DNA of 29,191 nt, from positions 1-29,191 of IMG/VR virus record IMGVR_UViG_3300049924_000147. One strand, 5' to 3'. How positions within the stretch are numbered: the first letter of the stretch is position 1; each line of letters begins with the position of its first letter. The position numbers and the translations under genes were made by a program. The notes beneath the pieces were generated by a model. It searched no databases and was not told where the DNA came from. It saw only the letters and a list, made by a program, of their open reading frames with translations. Origin of the DNA: a virus. Its lineage: Duplodnaviria; Caudoviricetes. Positions 7,107 through 15,510 of the stretch are shown here, in pieces.

Positions 7107-9247
7107 TGCTGGCCATCGCACCTGCCGCAGCCACGGTTGAGAACAAGCCGGATGCGCCGCTACTGGCGCGCAAGCATCGCTGGTTCAAGGCGTGGGAGAC
7201 CAACAAGGAGCGCGAGCAAAAGGAAGCGCGCGAGGCTCGGCAGTATTACCACGACAAGCAATGGACCGATGCCGAGATCGAGCGGTTGAAGCGGCGCGGC
7301 CAGCAGCCGACGGTGCGCAACCGGATCAAGCGCAAGATCGACTTTCTCGTTGGCGTGGAGCAGCGCCAGCGCCGCGATCCCAAGGCCTTCGCGCGCAATC
7401 CGCAGCACGAGAACAACGCCGACACGGCGACCGCCGGTCTGCGTTACGCCTGCGATGTCAACCGGTGGGAGCGGATCTCGTCTGAGTGCATGCACGACGG
7501 CCTCGTTGGCGGTATCGGCGTTGTGTTCATCGGCATTGAGGGCGAGGGGGCATCGATCGACCCCAAGATGAAGACCGTTCCCTATGACCGGTTTTTTTAC
7601 GACCCGCGCTCGGTGCAGCCCGATTTCAGCGATGCCCGCTACATGGGCGTGCATCTGTGGATGGACGTTGACGACGCGGTCGACAAGTGGCCGGACCACA
7701 AGGAACGCCTTGAGGGCATGGTTGACGCCAACAACATTCAGGCGACCGGCGCGCTGCTGGAGCAAGACCGCGCAACGCAGTGGGGCGATTTCGAGAACCG
7801 CCGCGTGCGTGTGGTCGAGTTCTGGGAAAAGCGGCCGATGGCGCCGCGTATGACAGGCTTCGGCTGGCACTACTGCTTTTTCACGGGCGAGCTGGAACTT
7901 GAGGGCGACTGGAGCCCGTACAAGGGCGAGAAGGGCGAACCCGATAACCCCTATGAGGCCTGGAGCCCCTACATCGACGAGAAGGGCGACCGCTACGGGC
8001 TCATTCGGACGATGAAATCGGTGCAGGACGAGATCAATTATTCGGCATCCAAGATGCTGCACCGGATCGCGTCGAACCGGGTGTTTTACGAGAAGGGCAC
8101 GATCGAAGATCCCGACGAGCTGTCAAAGCAGCTCGCCCGGCCCGACGGCAAGATCGAGATCATGGGCGGCGAGTGGGGCAAGACGGTTGGCATCATCGAG
8201 CAATCGCTCGAGATCAAGGGCGAGGCCGAACGCTTCCAGATGGCGGCGAGCGAGATTGAGAATTTAGGCCCAAATCCTGGTCTGGTCGGCAAGGGCACGG
8301 GTGTCGACGGCGCCTCGGGTCGGGCTTTGCTGGCGCAGCGCGACAGCGGCATGACCGAGCTTAACCCGGTGTTCGAATTGCACCGCGACTGGAAGCTCAG
8401 AGTCCACCGCAAGCTGTGGCAGCGCTGCCGGCAGGCTTGGCAGGGCGAAAAGTGGATTCGCATCACCGACGACGAGAACGCAATTCAGTTCGTGCCGCTC
8501 AATCAGTACGAACAGCATCCGGTAACCGGGCAGATCATCGGGACCAACGTCGTGTCACAGATCGACGTCGATATCGTGCTCGACGAGGGACCGGACACGA
8601 TCACGGTCAACGAGGAAATCCTGGAGCAGTTCTCCAAGCTCGGCGAATCGGCATTGGGCCCGCTGGGCAAGATCATCATCGAATTGTCGAACACGCCGAA
8701 AAAAGCGATGCTGTTGAAGATGATCGAGGACGGTATGCAGGCGGTGCAGCCGCCGCCGATGACCGAGAACCCCGAGATCATGGCCAAGGTCTCGCTCATG
8801 CAGGCGCAGGCGCAGAAGGCTGCGGCCGAAGCGGCGAAGATCATGCACGAAGTACAGAACCCGGAGCAGGCGGCACTGCCGCCGCCCGAGCCGCCACCGT
8901 CGCCAGCCGAGCAGGAAGCGCAAGCGTGGGATATCGCGAACAAGCGGCTTGCCGCGCACAAGACCGATGCCGAGATCGCGCGACTGAAGCAGCAGACGGT
9001 TATCGATGCCGAAAAGCATGCGCACGAGATCAACAAGTCCGTGCACGAAATGACGATGGCCGAGCGCGATGCTGAGATGATGAAAGAAAAAGCGAAGGAT
9101 GCGGACGATCAGTCGGACGGACGCGAGAAGGCGGCCAAGAATGACCAGAGCGCGCTGCTGAAAACCGTGCTCGAAGTAATGACGGCGCCGAAACGACTGG
9201 TACGCGATAGCAACGGCCGGGCGATCGGCTTGGAAACGGCTAGTTAA
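7106..9247 (+). CDS. Portal protein, P22 gp1-like
   Basis: YYHDKQWT...LKRRGQQPTVRNRIKRKID, FFYDPRS..PDFSDARY, RVRVVEFW, QDEIN, SGRALLAQ, DVDIVLDEGPD; helical Q/A/E-rich C-terminal extension; follows TerL. Confidence 0.93.
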   Translation: MLAIAPAAATVENKPDAPLLARKHRWFKAWETNKEREQKEAREARQYYHDKQWTDAEIERLKRRGQQPTVRNRIKRKIDFLVGVEQRQRRDPKAFARNPQHENNADTATAGLRYACDVNRWERISSECMHDGLVGGIGVVFIGIEGEGASIDPKMKTVPYDRFFYDPRSVQPDFSDARYMGVHLWMDVDDAVDKWPDHKERLEGMVDANNIQATGALLEQDRATQWGDFENRRVRVVEFWEKRPMAPRMTGFGWHYCFFTGELELEGDWSPYKGEKGEPDNPYEAWSPYIDEKGDRYGLIRTMKSVQDEINYSASKMLHRIASNRVFYEKGTIEDPDELSKQLARPDGKIEIMGGEWGKTVGIIEQSLEIKGEAERFQMAASEIENLGPNPGLVGKGTGVDGASGRALLAQRDSGMTELNPVFELHRDWKLRVHRKLWQRCRQAWQGEKWIRITDDENAIQFVPLNQYEQHPVTGQIIGTNVVSQIDVDIVLDEGPDTITVNEEILEQFSKLGESALGPLGKIIIELSNTPKKAMLLKMIEDGMQAVQPPPMTENPEIMAKVSLMQAQAQKAAAEAAKIMHEVQNPEQAALPPPEPPPSPAEQEAQAWDIANKRLAAHKTDAEIARLKQQTVIDAEKHAHEINKSVHEMTMAERDAEMMKEKAKDADDQSDGREKAAKNDQSALLKTVLEVMTAPKRLVRDSNGRAIGLETAS

Positions 9248-9685
9248 ATGCCCTCATCGACACTTACCACCGTCCAGGATTTGAGCGACCAGGTTGGCCG
9301 CAAGGTTCACAACTTTGCGACCGACACATTCAAGATCGCGCTGTCGAACACGCTGCCGCTGGTGACCAATACGGTTCTCGCCGACATTACGCAGATTGCG
9401 AACGGCGGTGGCTATACCGGCGGCGCGGGCGGCGGGTACACGCTGGCGGGCGTTTCGTACACCGAGGCGGCCGGCGTCGCGACGTTCTCACACACCAACC
9501 ACGTCATCACCGCAACCGGCGGCAGCGTCGGGCCGTTCCAGTACATCATCTACTACAACGACACGGCAGCAAGTCCTGCTGACGCCCTGATTGGGTGGAT
9601 CGCGTACACGGCGCCGTTGACGCTCGCCGATACAGAAACGCTGGCGATCAACCTAACCACTGGCGCGTTTAAGGTTACATCATAA
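9248..9685 (+). CDS. Virion structural protein, putative fibre subunit (145 aa)
   Basis: HNFATDTFKIAL...GGYTGG...YIIYYNDT...LIGWI pattern, recalled from small phage fibre-associated beta proteins. Confidence 0.65.
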   Translation: MPSSTLTTVQDLSDQVGRKVHNFATDTFKIALSNTLPLVTNTVLADITQIANGGGYTGGAGGGYTLAGVSYTEAAGVATFSHTNHVITATGGSVGPFQYIIYYNDTAASPADALIGWIAYTAPLTLADTETLAINLTTGAFKVTS

Positions 9686-9695
9686 GGACTAACCG

Positions 9696-10271
9696 ATGTC
9701 ATTGCAGACCTGGCAAGAAACCCACATCAACACGCCAGTCGACGGCGTGGCGGTTACCAATACGGTAACCGCGACTTCTCTACTCGGAGGCACCGGCACA
9801 GGCGCCAGCCAAGCCAAGCTGACGCTGCCAACGAACTTCTTCTATGTTGGCCGCATGATCCGCATCTTTGCTGCTGGCCGCATGTCAACGTTGGTGACGA
9901 CGCCTGGCACGCTCACCCTTGATATCAGGCTCGGTGCGGTGATTGCCGCCAACGGCGGCGCCATGGTGCTGTCGACCACGGCCAAGACCAACGTCGCATG
10001 GTGGCTCGACTGGATATTGACCTGTCGTGCGATCGGCTCCGGCACCACGTCGAACCTGATGCACCAGGGCATGTTTTCCTCAGAAGCAGCGGGTGCAACT
10101 ACGGTTGCCGGCGAAGCCAAGTCGATCATGATGCCACAGTCGGCGCCGGCAGTCGGTACCGGCTTTGACGCGACCGCAGCGCAGACCGTCGACCTGTTCG
10201 CCACTTGGTCGGTCGCCAACGCTGCTAACTCGATCCTGCTGCACCAATACAAGTTCGTGAGCTTGAACTAG
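9696..10271 (+). CDS. Beta-rich virion protein (191 aa), putative fibre or receptor-binding domain
   Basis: AAGGA RBS; Thr/Gly/Ala-rich alternating beta pattern; position among structural genes. Confidence 0.6.
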   Translation: MSLQTWQETHINTPVDGVAVTNTVTATSLLGGTGTGASQAKLTLPTNFFYVGRMIRIFAAGRMSTLVTTPGTLTLDIRLGAVIAANGGAMVLSTTAKTNVAWWLDWILTCRAIGSGTTSNLMHQGMFSSEAAGATTVAGEAKSIMMPQSAPAVGTGFDATAAQTVDLFATWSVANAANSILLHQYKFVSLN

Positions 10272-10778
10272 ATGCCAGGGTATTCCAAACTCACACCACT
10301 TGCCTACGGCACGCTCGCAGCGCCGGCCAATACGCTGGTGTTGCCGAGCTTTGACCCGGAAAACTGGCTATTGGTGCTGGTCAGGATATCCGGTTACGGC
10401 GGTTCGGCAATCGCGCAGTTGCAGTTCAACGGTGACGTTGGCACGACCGCTTACGCGTATCGCGTGTCGAACAACTTTGCGGCAGCAACGACTGGCATTG
10501 CTGGCGCCGCGGCCGGCATCAAGGTTTCGCAGACGGCAACAGCCGGAGCCCGCGCCCTGATCGCGTTCAAGATCGGCAACGTCAACGGCCGCGCGCATGG
10601 CATCACTTGGACCGGCTCTGATTTGTCCGAGGCCGCCGCGACAGCACCTGACATCATCGTCGGTGCTGGGCTGTGGGCGACCACCAGCCAAATCAGCCGT
10701 ATCGTTCTCGACGGCGGCGGCCAGACCTTGCTCGCCGGCACCGACGTCGCGGTTTGGGGTATGGGAGGGCTGCTCTGA
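10272..10778 (+). CDS. Beta-sandwich virion protein (168 aa), putative fibre-tip domain
   Basis: LQFNGD...Y and GLWATTSQISRIVL...GTDVAVWG pattern; similar layout to the C-terminal domain of 25869-27326. Confidence 0.6.
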   Translation: MPGYSKLTPLAYGTLAAPANTLVLPSFDPENWLLVLVRISGYGGSAIAQLQFNGDVGTTAYAYRVSNNFAAATTGIAGAAAGIKVSQTATAGARALIAFKIGNVNGRAHGITWTGSDLSEAAATAPDIIVGAGLWATTSQISRIVLDGGGQTLLAGTDVAVWGMGGLL

Positions 10779-11158
10779 TGCCCGGCGGCACCGTACAGTA
10801 CGCGCGTGGTCGCATGCCGCTGCGGGTGATGCAGCGCCGGTTCAATCCGCGCGGTCTGTGGTCACCGACGCCGGGCTATGGCGGCGGCCATGGCTTCCGG
10901 TCGCCGAAATGCTACGTGCGGTTTCAGCTTGTCGGGGTAACCCGTGACGCCAGCGACGTTGCGCTCGGCAACTGCGTGGTGAAGCTGTTCGAATCCGCGA
11001 CCGACATCAAGATTGCGCAAACCACATCGGACGGCTCCGGCAACTTCACGTTCACCATCGGAACGAACGCGGGGTTCTTCTACTACGTCTACTACAAAGC
11101 CGGCTCGCCTGATGTGGCGGGCACATCCGTCAACACCATAGCGGCGGACCCGGCGTGA
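10778..11158 (+). CDS. Virion protein with prealbumin/carboxypeptidase-regulatory-like beta domain (126 aa)
   Basis: Start at ATG 10778 (TGATG, GGGAGG RBS); GVTRDASDVALGNCVVKLF...TTSDGSGNFTF. Confidence 0.65.
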   Translation: MPGGTVQYARGRMPLRVMQRRFNPRGLWSPTPGYGGGHGFRSPKCYVRFQLVGVTRDASDVALGNCVVKLFESATDIKIAQTTSDGSGNFTFTIGTNAGFFYYVYYKAGSPDVAGTSVNTIAADPA

Positions 11159-12051
11159 CCGCGACGACCGGCTGGCTTTATCCGGTCCCGCCCTACGCCG
11201 ATCGCGACGACGGCAAGCTGCGCAATCCGAACGCGCCACCGGTAACCGGCGCGTTCACTCTCGATGTGCTCCCGGCGACTGTCGCCATCACGGGGCAGAG
11301 CATAAGTCTTGTTGCGTCGCGCAATCTTGCGGTCAACCCGGCAACGGTGGCGATCGCAGGCCAGTCAATCTCTCTGGTGCTGACGCGCAAGATCAGCGTC
11401 AACCCAGCGACCGTGACCATCGTTGGCCAATCGGTGGCGTTGGCGGTTGGCCGCAAGATTGCGGTATCGCCCGCCACCGTGCCGATCGCAGGGCAAGTCA
11501 TCGCTCTGGCAGTTGGGCGCAAGCTCAACGTGACGCCGGCCACCGTCGCGATTGCCGGGCAGAATGTCGACCTTGTCTATACTCCAGTCGCGGGCGCATT
11601 CACCTTGGACGTGCTGCCGGCGACGGTGGCAATTACCGGGCAATCAGTCGCCCTGGTTTACACGCCGGCAATTGCCGCCTCCAATTTCGCGCACTGGAAG
11701 AGCTGGCGCCCGCGCTGGAAATACCTCGACACCGAGGCCAAGTGGCGCGCGTTCTTACGCGATGGGCTACCGGAGACGATCCCGGTCCCGACTTACATGC
11801 CGGAGACCATCGAGCCCGGCGGGCCTGTCCGCGTACTGCCGCCGATGCTGGAGGACGGCCCTTATCTTGACCGGGCCGGGATTACGCAACGGCTCGCTGA
11901 AGCGGTCATCAGGGCCGACGAGCTTCGCCGAAACCAGGCGGCCGCAGCGCACCGTCGGCAGGTCGAGACGGTCATTGCCGAGATCGAGGCCGAGCTTGCG
12001 GCGGACGCCGAGGACGAGGCGGAAATAGAAATGCTGCTGATGGCGGCGTGA
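11155..12051 (+). CDS. Repeat-containing virion protein (six 22-aa repeats, helical acidic C-terminus)
   Basis: GTGA overlap; repeats of xxLxVxPATVAIxGQxxxL; ends EDEAEIEMLLMAA. Confidence 0.8.
   Translation: MTATTGWLYPVPPYADRDDGKLRNPNAPPVTGAFTLDVLPATVAITGQSISLVASRNLAVNPATVAIAGQSISLVLTRKISVNPATVTIVGQSVALAVGRKIAVSPATVPIAGQVIALAVGRKLNVTPATVAIAGQNVDLVYTPVAGAFTLDVLPATVAITGQSVALVYTPAIAASNFAHWKSWRPRWKYLDTEAKWRAFLRDGLPETIPVPTYMPETIEPGGPVRVLPPMLEDGPYLDRAGITQRLAEAVIRADELRRNQAAAAHRRQVETVIAEIEAELAADAEDEAEIEMLLMAA
11254..11664 (+). repeat. Six tandem 66-nt (22-aa) coding repeats
   Basis: FTLDVLPATVAITGQSISLVAS / RNLAVNPATVAIAGQSISLVLT / RKISVNPATVTIVGQSVALAVG / RKIAVSPATVPIAGQVIALAVG / RKLNVTPATVAIAGQNVDLVYT-PVAGA / FTLDVLPATVAITGQSVALVYT. 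Confidence 0.95.
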
Positions 12052-12059
12052 GAGGACCA

Positions 12060-12284
12060 ATGGACCACGAATTGCTACGGCTTGAATGCCTCAAGATGGC
12101 GCATGCCGAGAACTTAAGCGGCGAGGCGGCGATCATCCGCGCGCAAGAGCTATTCGAATTCCTCCGGGTCGGTCGCGACAGCGCCACCGAGGCACGACGG
12201 ATCGTTGCCGGTATGAGCAACGCCAAGGTCAAGATTGTTGGCGTCGACAACGACCAGAATTTCAAGGACTACATCAAAGAGTGA
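12060..12284 (+). CDS. Small hypothetical phage protein (74 aa)
   Basis: GAGAGGA RBS before ATG 12060; helical ELLRLECLKMA...RAQELFEFL. Confidence 0.75.
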   Translation: MDHELLRLECLKMAHAENLSGEAAIIRAQELFEFLRVGRDSATEARRIVAGMSNAKVKIVGVDNDQNFKDYIKE

Positions 12285-12411
12285 CGATGCGCGTTCAGTG
12301 CGTAAGGACTCGCCGGCCAAGCGGCGTTTCGCGACGAGAGCGCGTTATCTCTCGATCCCGCCCCGGCAGAGCGCATCTGTCGATCTCGTGACCAGCAACG
12401 ATACTGCGGAG
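12283..12411 (+). promoter_or_regulatory. Structured 5' leader of the scaffold gene (tandem hairpins or H-type pseudoknots next to the RBS)
   Basis: CGCCG 12311-15/CGGCG 12322-26; CGCG-a-CGAGAG-CGCG-ttat-CTCTCG 12330-12354; CGC-cc-CGGCAGA-GCG-ca-TCTGTCG 12359-12382; TCGT-gac-CAG-ca-ACGA-ta-CTG 12386-12406; GGAG 12408-12411. Confidence 0.55.
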
Positions 12412-12419
12412 TAGAACCC

Positions 12420-13274
12420 ATGACGACTGAACAGTCGGCAGCAGGTGCCGATTTTGCGGAAGTGTTTGCACGTGACGACCGCGATAGGGGGGCTGATACC
12501 GCCGCCCCCGTGACTGACGCCCAGCCAAGGGGACCGGACGGCAAATTTGCGCCCAAGGAACCCGAAGCACCGCCGCCGGCAGAGACAACGCCGCCGGTTG
12601 CAGCCGAAGTTGCGCCGACCACGCCAGACCCGCAGACCAATCGCCAGGTTCCACTCTCGGAATTGCTCGGCGAGCGTGAGAAACGCCAGTCCGAGCGCAA
12701 GCTACGCGAAGAAGCCGAGAAGCGCGCTAGCGAATACGAAGGCCGCGTCAAAGCCTATGAGCGCATGCTTGAACAGCAACGCACCCCTCTAGCGCCACAG
12801 CCAGAGGCGGCGCCGCCAGATTTCTTCGCCGACCCGGAAGCAGCGATCCGCTCGCAACTGGACCCGGTGATGAACTACGCGGAGAACGTCCGCCTCGACA
12901 CGTCGGAAATGCTGGCACGCGACAAACACGGCGATCAAGCCGTCGACGACGCGCTGGCAGCGGCGAAAGCCGCAGGGCTCAACCGGCAGTTCATCAGCCG
13001 CAAGAACCCGTACGCCGACCTCGTCAAATGGCACGAAAGCACCAAGGTCTATAATGAGATCGGCCCGGACCCGAAAAAGTATCGGGAATCCCTCACGGCC
13101 GAGATCAGGGCTCAGGTGTTGGCGGAATTGAAGGCGGGCGGCACACAGCCGGCGCCCAAATTCCCTGGTTCGCTCGCAGACGCGACGCAGGCCGGGCCGC
13201 AAGGGGGGCACCTCACCGACGAGGCGATCGCCGCCGGCATTTTCTCACCAACGAGAAACCGCCGGGCTGGTTGA
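12420..13274 (+). CDS. Capsid scaffolding protein
   Basis: Disordered Pro/Ala/Glu N-terminus with RGPDGKFA, VPLSELLGEREKRQ coiled coil, PDFFADPE; immediately before the capsid gene. Confidence 0.85.
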   Translation: MTTEQSAAGADFAEVFARDDRDRGADTAAPVTDAQPRGPDGKFAPKEPEAPPPAETTPPVAAEVAPTTPDPQTNRQVPLSELLGEREKRQSERKLREEAEKRASEYEGRVKAYERMLEQQRTPLAPQPEAAPPDFFADPEAAIRSQLDPVMNYAENVRLDTSEMLARDKHGDQAVDDALAAAKAAGLNRQFISRKNPYADLVKWHESTKVYNEIGPDPKKYRESLTAEIRAQVLAELKAGGTQPAPKFPGSLADATQAGPQGGHLTDEAIAAGIFSPTRNRRAG

Positions 13275-13315
13275 TCGGGCTCGCAAACCCCTGATCACGA
13301 GAAAGAACCCAACCC

Positions 13316-14434
13316 ATGGCTAGCACTACGGTCCTATCGGGCCTTGAACTGACCAAATGGCAGTCGTCATTCTGGCGCGAATACGTCCGGGATACCGGCT
13401 TCTCCCCGTACATGGGCGCGTCGCCCATGGACATCATTCACGTCGTCAACGACCTGAAAACCGACGGCTATACCATCCGCGTTCCGCTCGTTGCTCGCTT
13501 GCAGGCAACCGGCGTTACCGGCAACTCGTCGCTGTCGGGCAACGAGGAACAGCTCGATCAATACTACCAGGACGTGTCTTGGGAATTCCACCGCAACGCG
13601 GTGAAGCTCTCCAAGAAGGAGCGCAAGAAGTCGGCCGTCGACATGCTCGAAGCGGTTCGCCCCTTGCTGAAAGAGTGGTCGGCGGAGCTGATCAAGTACC
13701 AGCTCATCACCGGCTTCCACCGCACCTCGGGAGGCACCGCCTATTCGGCGGCGTCGGCGGCGGAGAAGAACACCTTTACCGTCAACAACGTCGATCGCAT
13801 CCTGTTCGGCGCGTCGCAGGCGAACTATTCGGCGACGCACGCGACCGGCCTTGGCGCCGTCGACAACACCACCGACAAGCTGACGACGCCGACCGCGTCG
13901 CTGGCGAAGTTCATGGCGCGTACCGCCTCCCCGCACATCCGGCCGTTCAAGACCGGTACGCAGGGCCGCGAGTACTACGTCATGTTCTGCCATCCGCTGT
14001 GTTTCCGCGATCTCAAGGCGGATGCGGCGATGATCGCGGCCAACCGCGACTCGCGTTCGCGCGAGGGCAGCGGCATGGACTCGAACCCGATCTTCCAGGA
14101 CGGGGACATGCTCTATGACGGCATCATCTTCCGCGAGATCCCCGAATTCTACCGGGCGCGGCAGGGCATCGGCGTCAACGCCGACACCCATCTGGCGGGC
14201 GTCGGCTCTGGTGCCATCGATGTCGGCGCCAACTTCCTGTGCGGCGCGCAATCGCTCGCCATGGTCAACAAGCAGGCGCCGATTCCAACGACGCTCGCCG
14301 ATGACGACTACGGCTTCTTTACCGGCAACGGCATCGAGCTCGCGCACGGCATCGAAAAGGTCCGCTGGAACAACGGCTCAGGTCTCAACAAAGATCTGGG
14401 CATTGTTACCGTCTACTGCGCCGCTGTGGCCTAA
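13316..14434 (+). CDS. Major capsid protein (HK97 fold; N4-gp56/DUF4043-like)
   Basis: 372 aa; GVTGNSSLSGNEEQL, YYVMFCHP..FRDLK, NPIFQDGDMLYDGIIFRE, FLCGAQSLA, DDYGF; follows scaffold. Confidence 0.9.
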   Translation: MASTTVLSGLELTKWQSSFWREYVRDTGFSPYMGASPMDIIHVVNDLKTDGYTIRVPLVARLQATGVTGNSSLSGNEEQLDQYYQDVSWEFHRNAVKLSKKERKKSAVDMLEAVRPLLKEWSAELIKYQLITGFHRTSGGTAYSAASAAEKNTFTVNNVDRILFGASQANYSATHATGLGAVDNTTDKLTTPTASLAKFMARTASPHIRPFKTGTQGREYYVMFCHPLCFRDLKADAAMIAANRDSRSREGSGMDSNPIFQDGDMLYDGIIFREIPEFYRARQGIGVNADTHLAGVGSGAIDVGANFLCGAQSLAMVNKQAPIPTTLADDDYGFFTGNGIELAHGIEKVRWNNGSGLNKDLGIVTVYCAAVA

Positions 14435-14450
14435 TAGAGGAACATGAACC

Positions 14451-14930
14451 ATGGCTCTATTTTACACTGACAAAAGCCGCTCGTTCGGTATTCGTACCGG
14501 CGTCGGCGAAGCGCGCGAGTTGATCGTGGCCGAGGCGATCGTCGCCATGACGACTGCCATGCTCGACAACGCGGACGACGAAGTCGGGCTGTTCTGGCTA
14601 CCGAAGGGCGCCGTCATCGTCGGTGCCACCATCGCGGCCACCGACATGGATACCGGCGCGGCAGCGCTGGCGTTCGATGTCGGCGACGCCACGGTCGAAA
14701 ACCGCATCTTTGCGGCCTCGACTGTGGCTCAGACCGGCGCGGCCACGGTGTCTACCGCGATGGCCCGCACCGCCTTTCTGTTCAAGTGCACGACGGACAC
14801 GCTGATCAAGGCGTTCGTGCAGACGGCGGCGGCAACCGCTGCGGCTGGTACGCTTTATGTCGCCGTCCACTACTTCGTCGATCCTGAATACTCGACGACA
14901 GCGCTGACCGCCACGACCACGGCAGGCTGA
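14451..14930 (+). CDS. Capsid cement/decoration-like protein
   Basis: GAGGA RBS; LPKGAVIVGATI...DMDTG...FDVGD...AGTLYVAVHY jelly-roll-like pattern; directly after the capsid gene. Confidence 0.65.
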   Translation: MALFYTDKSRSFGIRTGVGEARELIVAEAIVAMTTAMLDNADDEVGLFWLPKGAVIVGATIAATDMDTGAAALAFDVGDATVENRIFAASTVAQTGAATVSTAMARTAFLFKCTTDTLIKAFVQTAAATAAAGTLYVAVHYFVDPEYSTTALTATTTAG

Positions 14931-15160
14931 TGCGGTTTACCTATGTTGGCCCGGAGATCGCGGTTGCGATCTTCGGGCACACCTTTGCGAATGGCGTGGC
15001 CGTCGAGGTTACGGACGGCCACGCCATCGCGAAGCTCAGCAACCATCCCGAGTTCACGGCTGACGGTAAACCGGCGGCGGATAATTCGTTGCCGGCAGTA
15101 GAGGCGCCGAAGCGGCGTGGCCGTCCGCCCAAGGTGAGGCCAGATGCAGACCAAGGCTGA
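14930..15160 (+). CDS. Small virion-associated protein with C-terminal KRRGRPPK (AT-hook-like) motif
   Basis: TGATG coupling; FGHTFANGVAVEV...KLSNHPEF. Confidence 0.7.
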   Translation: MRFTYVGPEIAVAIFGHTFANGVAVEVTDGHAIAKLSNHPEFTADGKPAADNSLPAVEAPKRRGRPPKVRPDADQG

Positions 15161-15509
15161 TCTTTCAACCGACGTGCTGCGCTCTATGGCGGTCATCAGC
15201 GCGACCGAGGACGCTACCGCCGAGGACGCGGCCTTCGTCGAGCGCGCCTATGATGCCAAGTGGGCAGAGTGGCGACGGCTCGGCTTCGTGTGGTGGACCA
15301 ATACCGACCGCGATGCGACCGAAATTCCCGACGAGTGCATGTCGGCACTGGTCGACCTCATGGAAAACGAATGCCAGGGCTCATTCGGCATCGGCGGCAC
15401 CAGGTCGAACGCAGAAAAGCGAGCCGAAGAACGCGAATTGCTCAAAGCCCTCAAGCGCATGAACCACAAGCCGCCGTCCGGCGAATCAACCCCGTTTTCG
15501 AGCTACTGA
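15144..15509 (+). CDS. Head-completion/head-tail adaptor (P22 gp4-like by position)
   Basis: 121-aa helical protein, DVLRSMAVI...EDAAFVE...EIPDE; lies between capsid genes and the gp10 homolog. Confidence 0.6.
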   Translation: MQTKADLSTDVLRSMAVISATEDATAEDAAFVERAYDAKWAEWRRLGFVWWTNTDRDATEIPDECMSALVDLMENECQGSFGIGGTRSNAEKRAEERELLKALKRMNHKPPSGESTPFSSY

Positions 15510-15510
15510 T

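Noticed and set aside
11254-11664. 66-nt periodicity resembling a CRISPR array or DGR repeats
   Set aside because: Repeats are conserved as protein and vary at synonymous sites; there are no identical DNA repeats with unique spacers, no cas or reverse transcriptase gene, and no adenine-specific variation.
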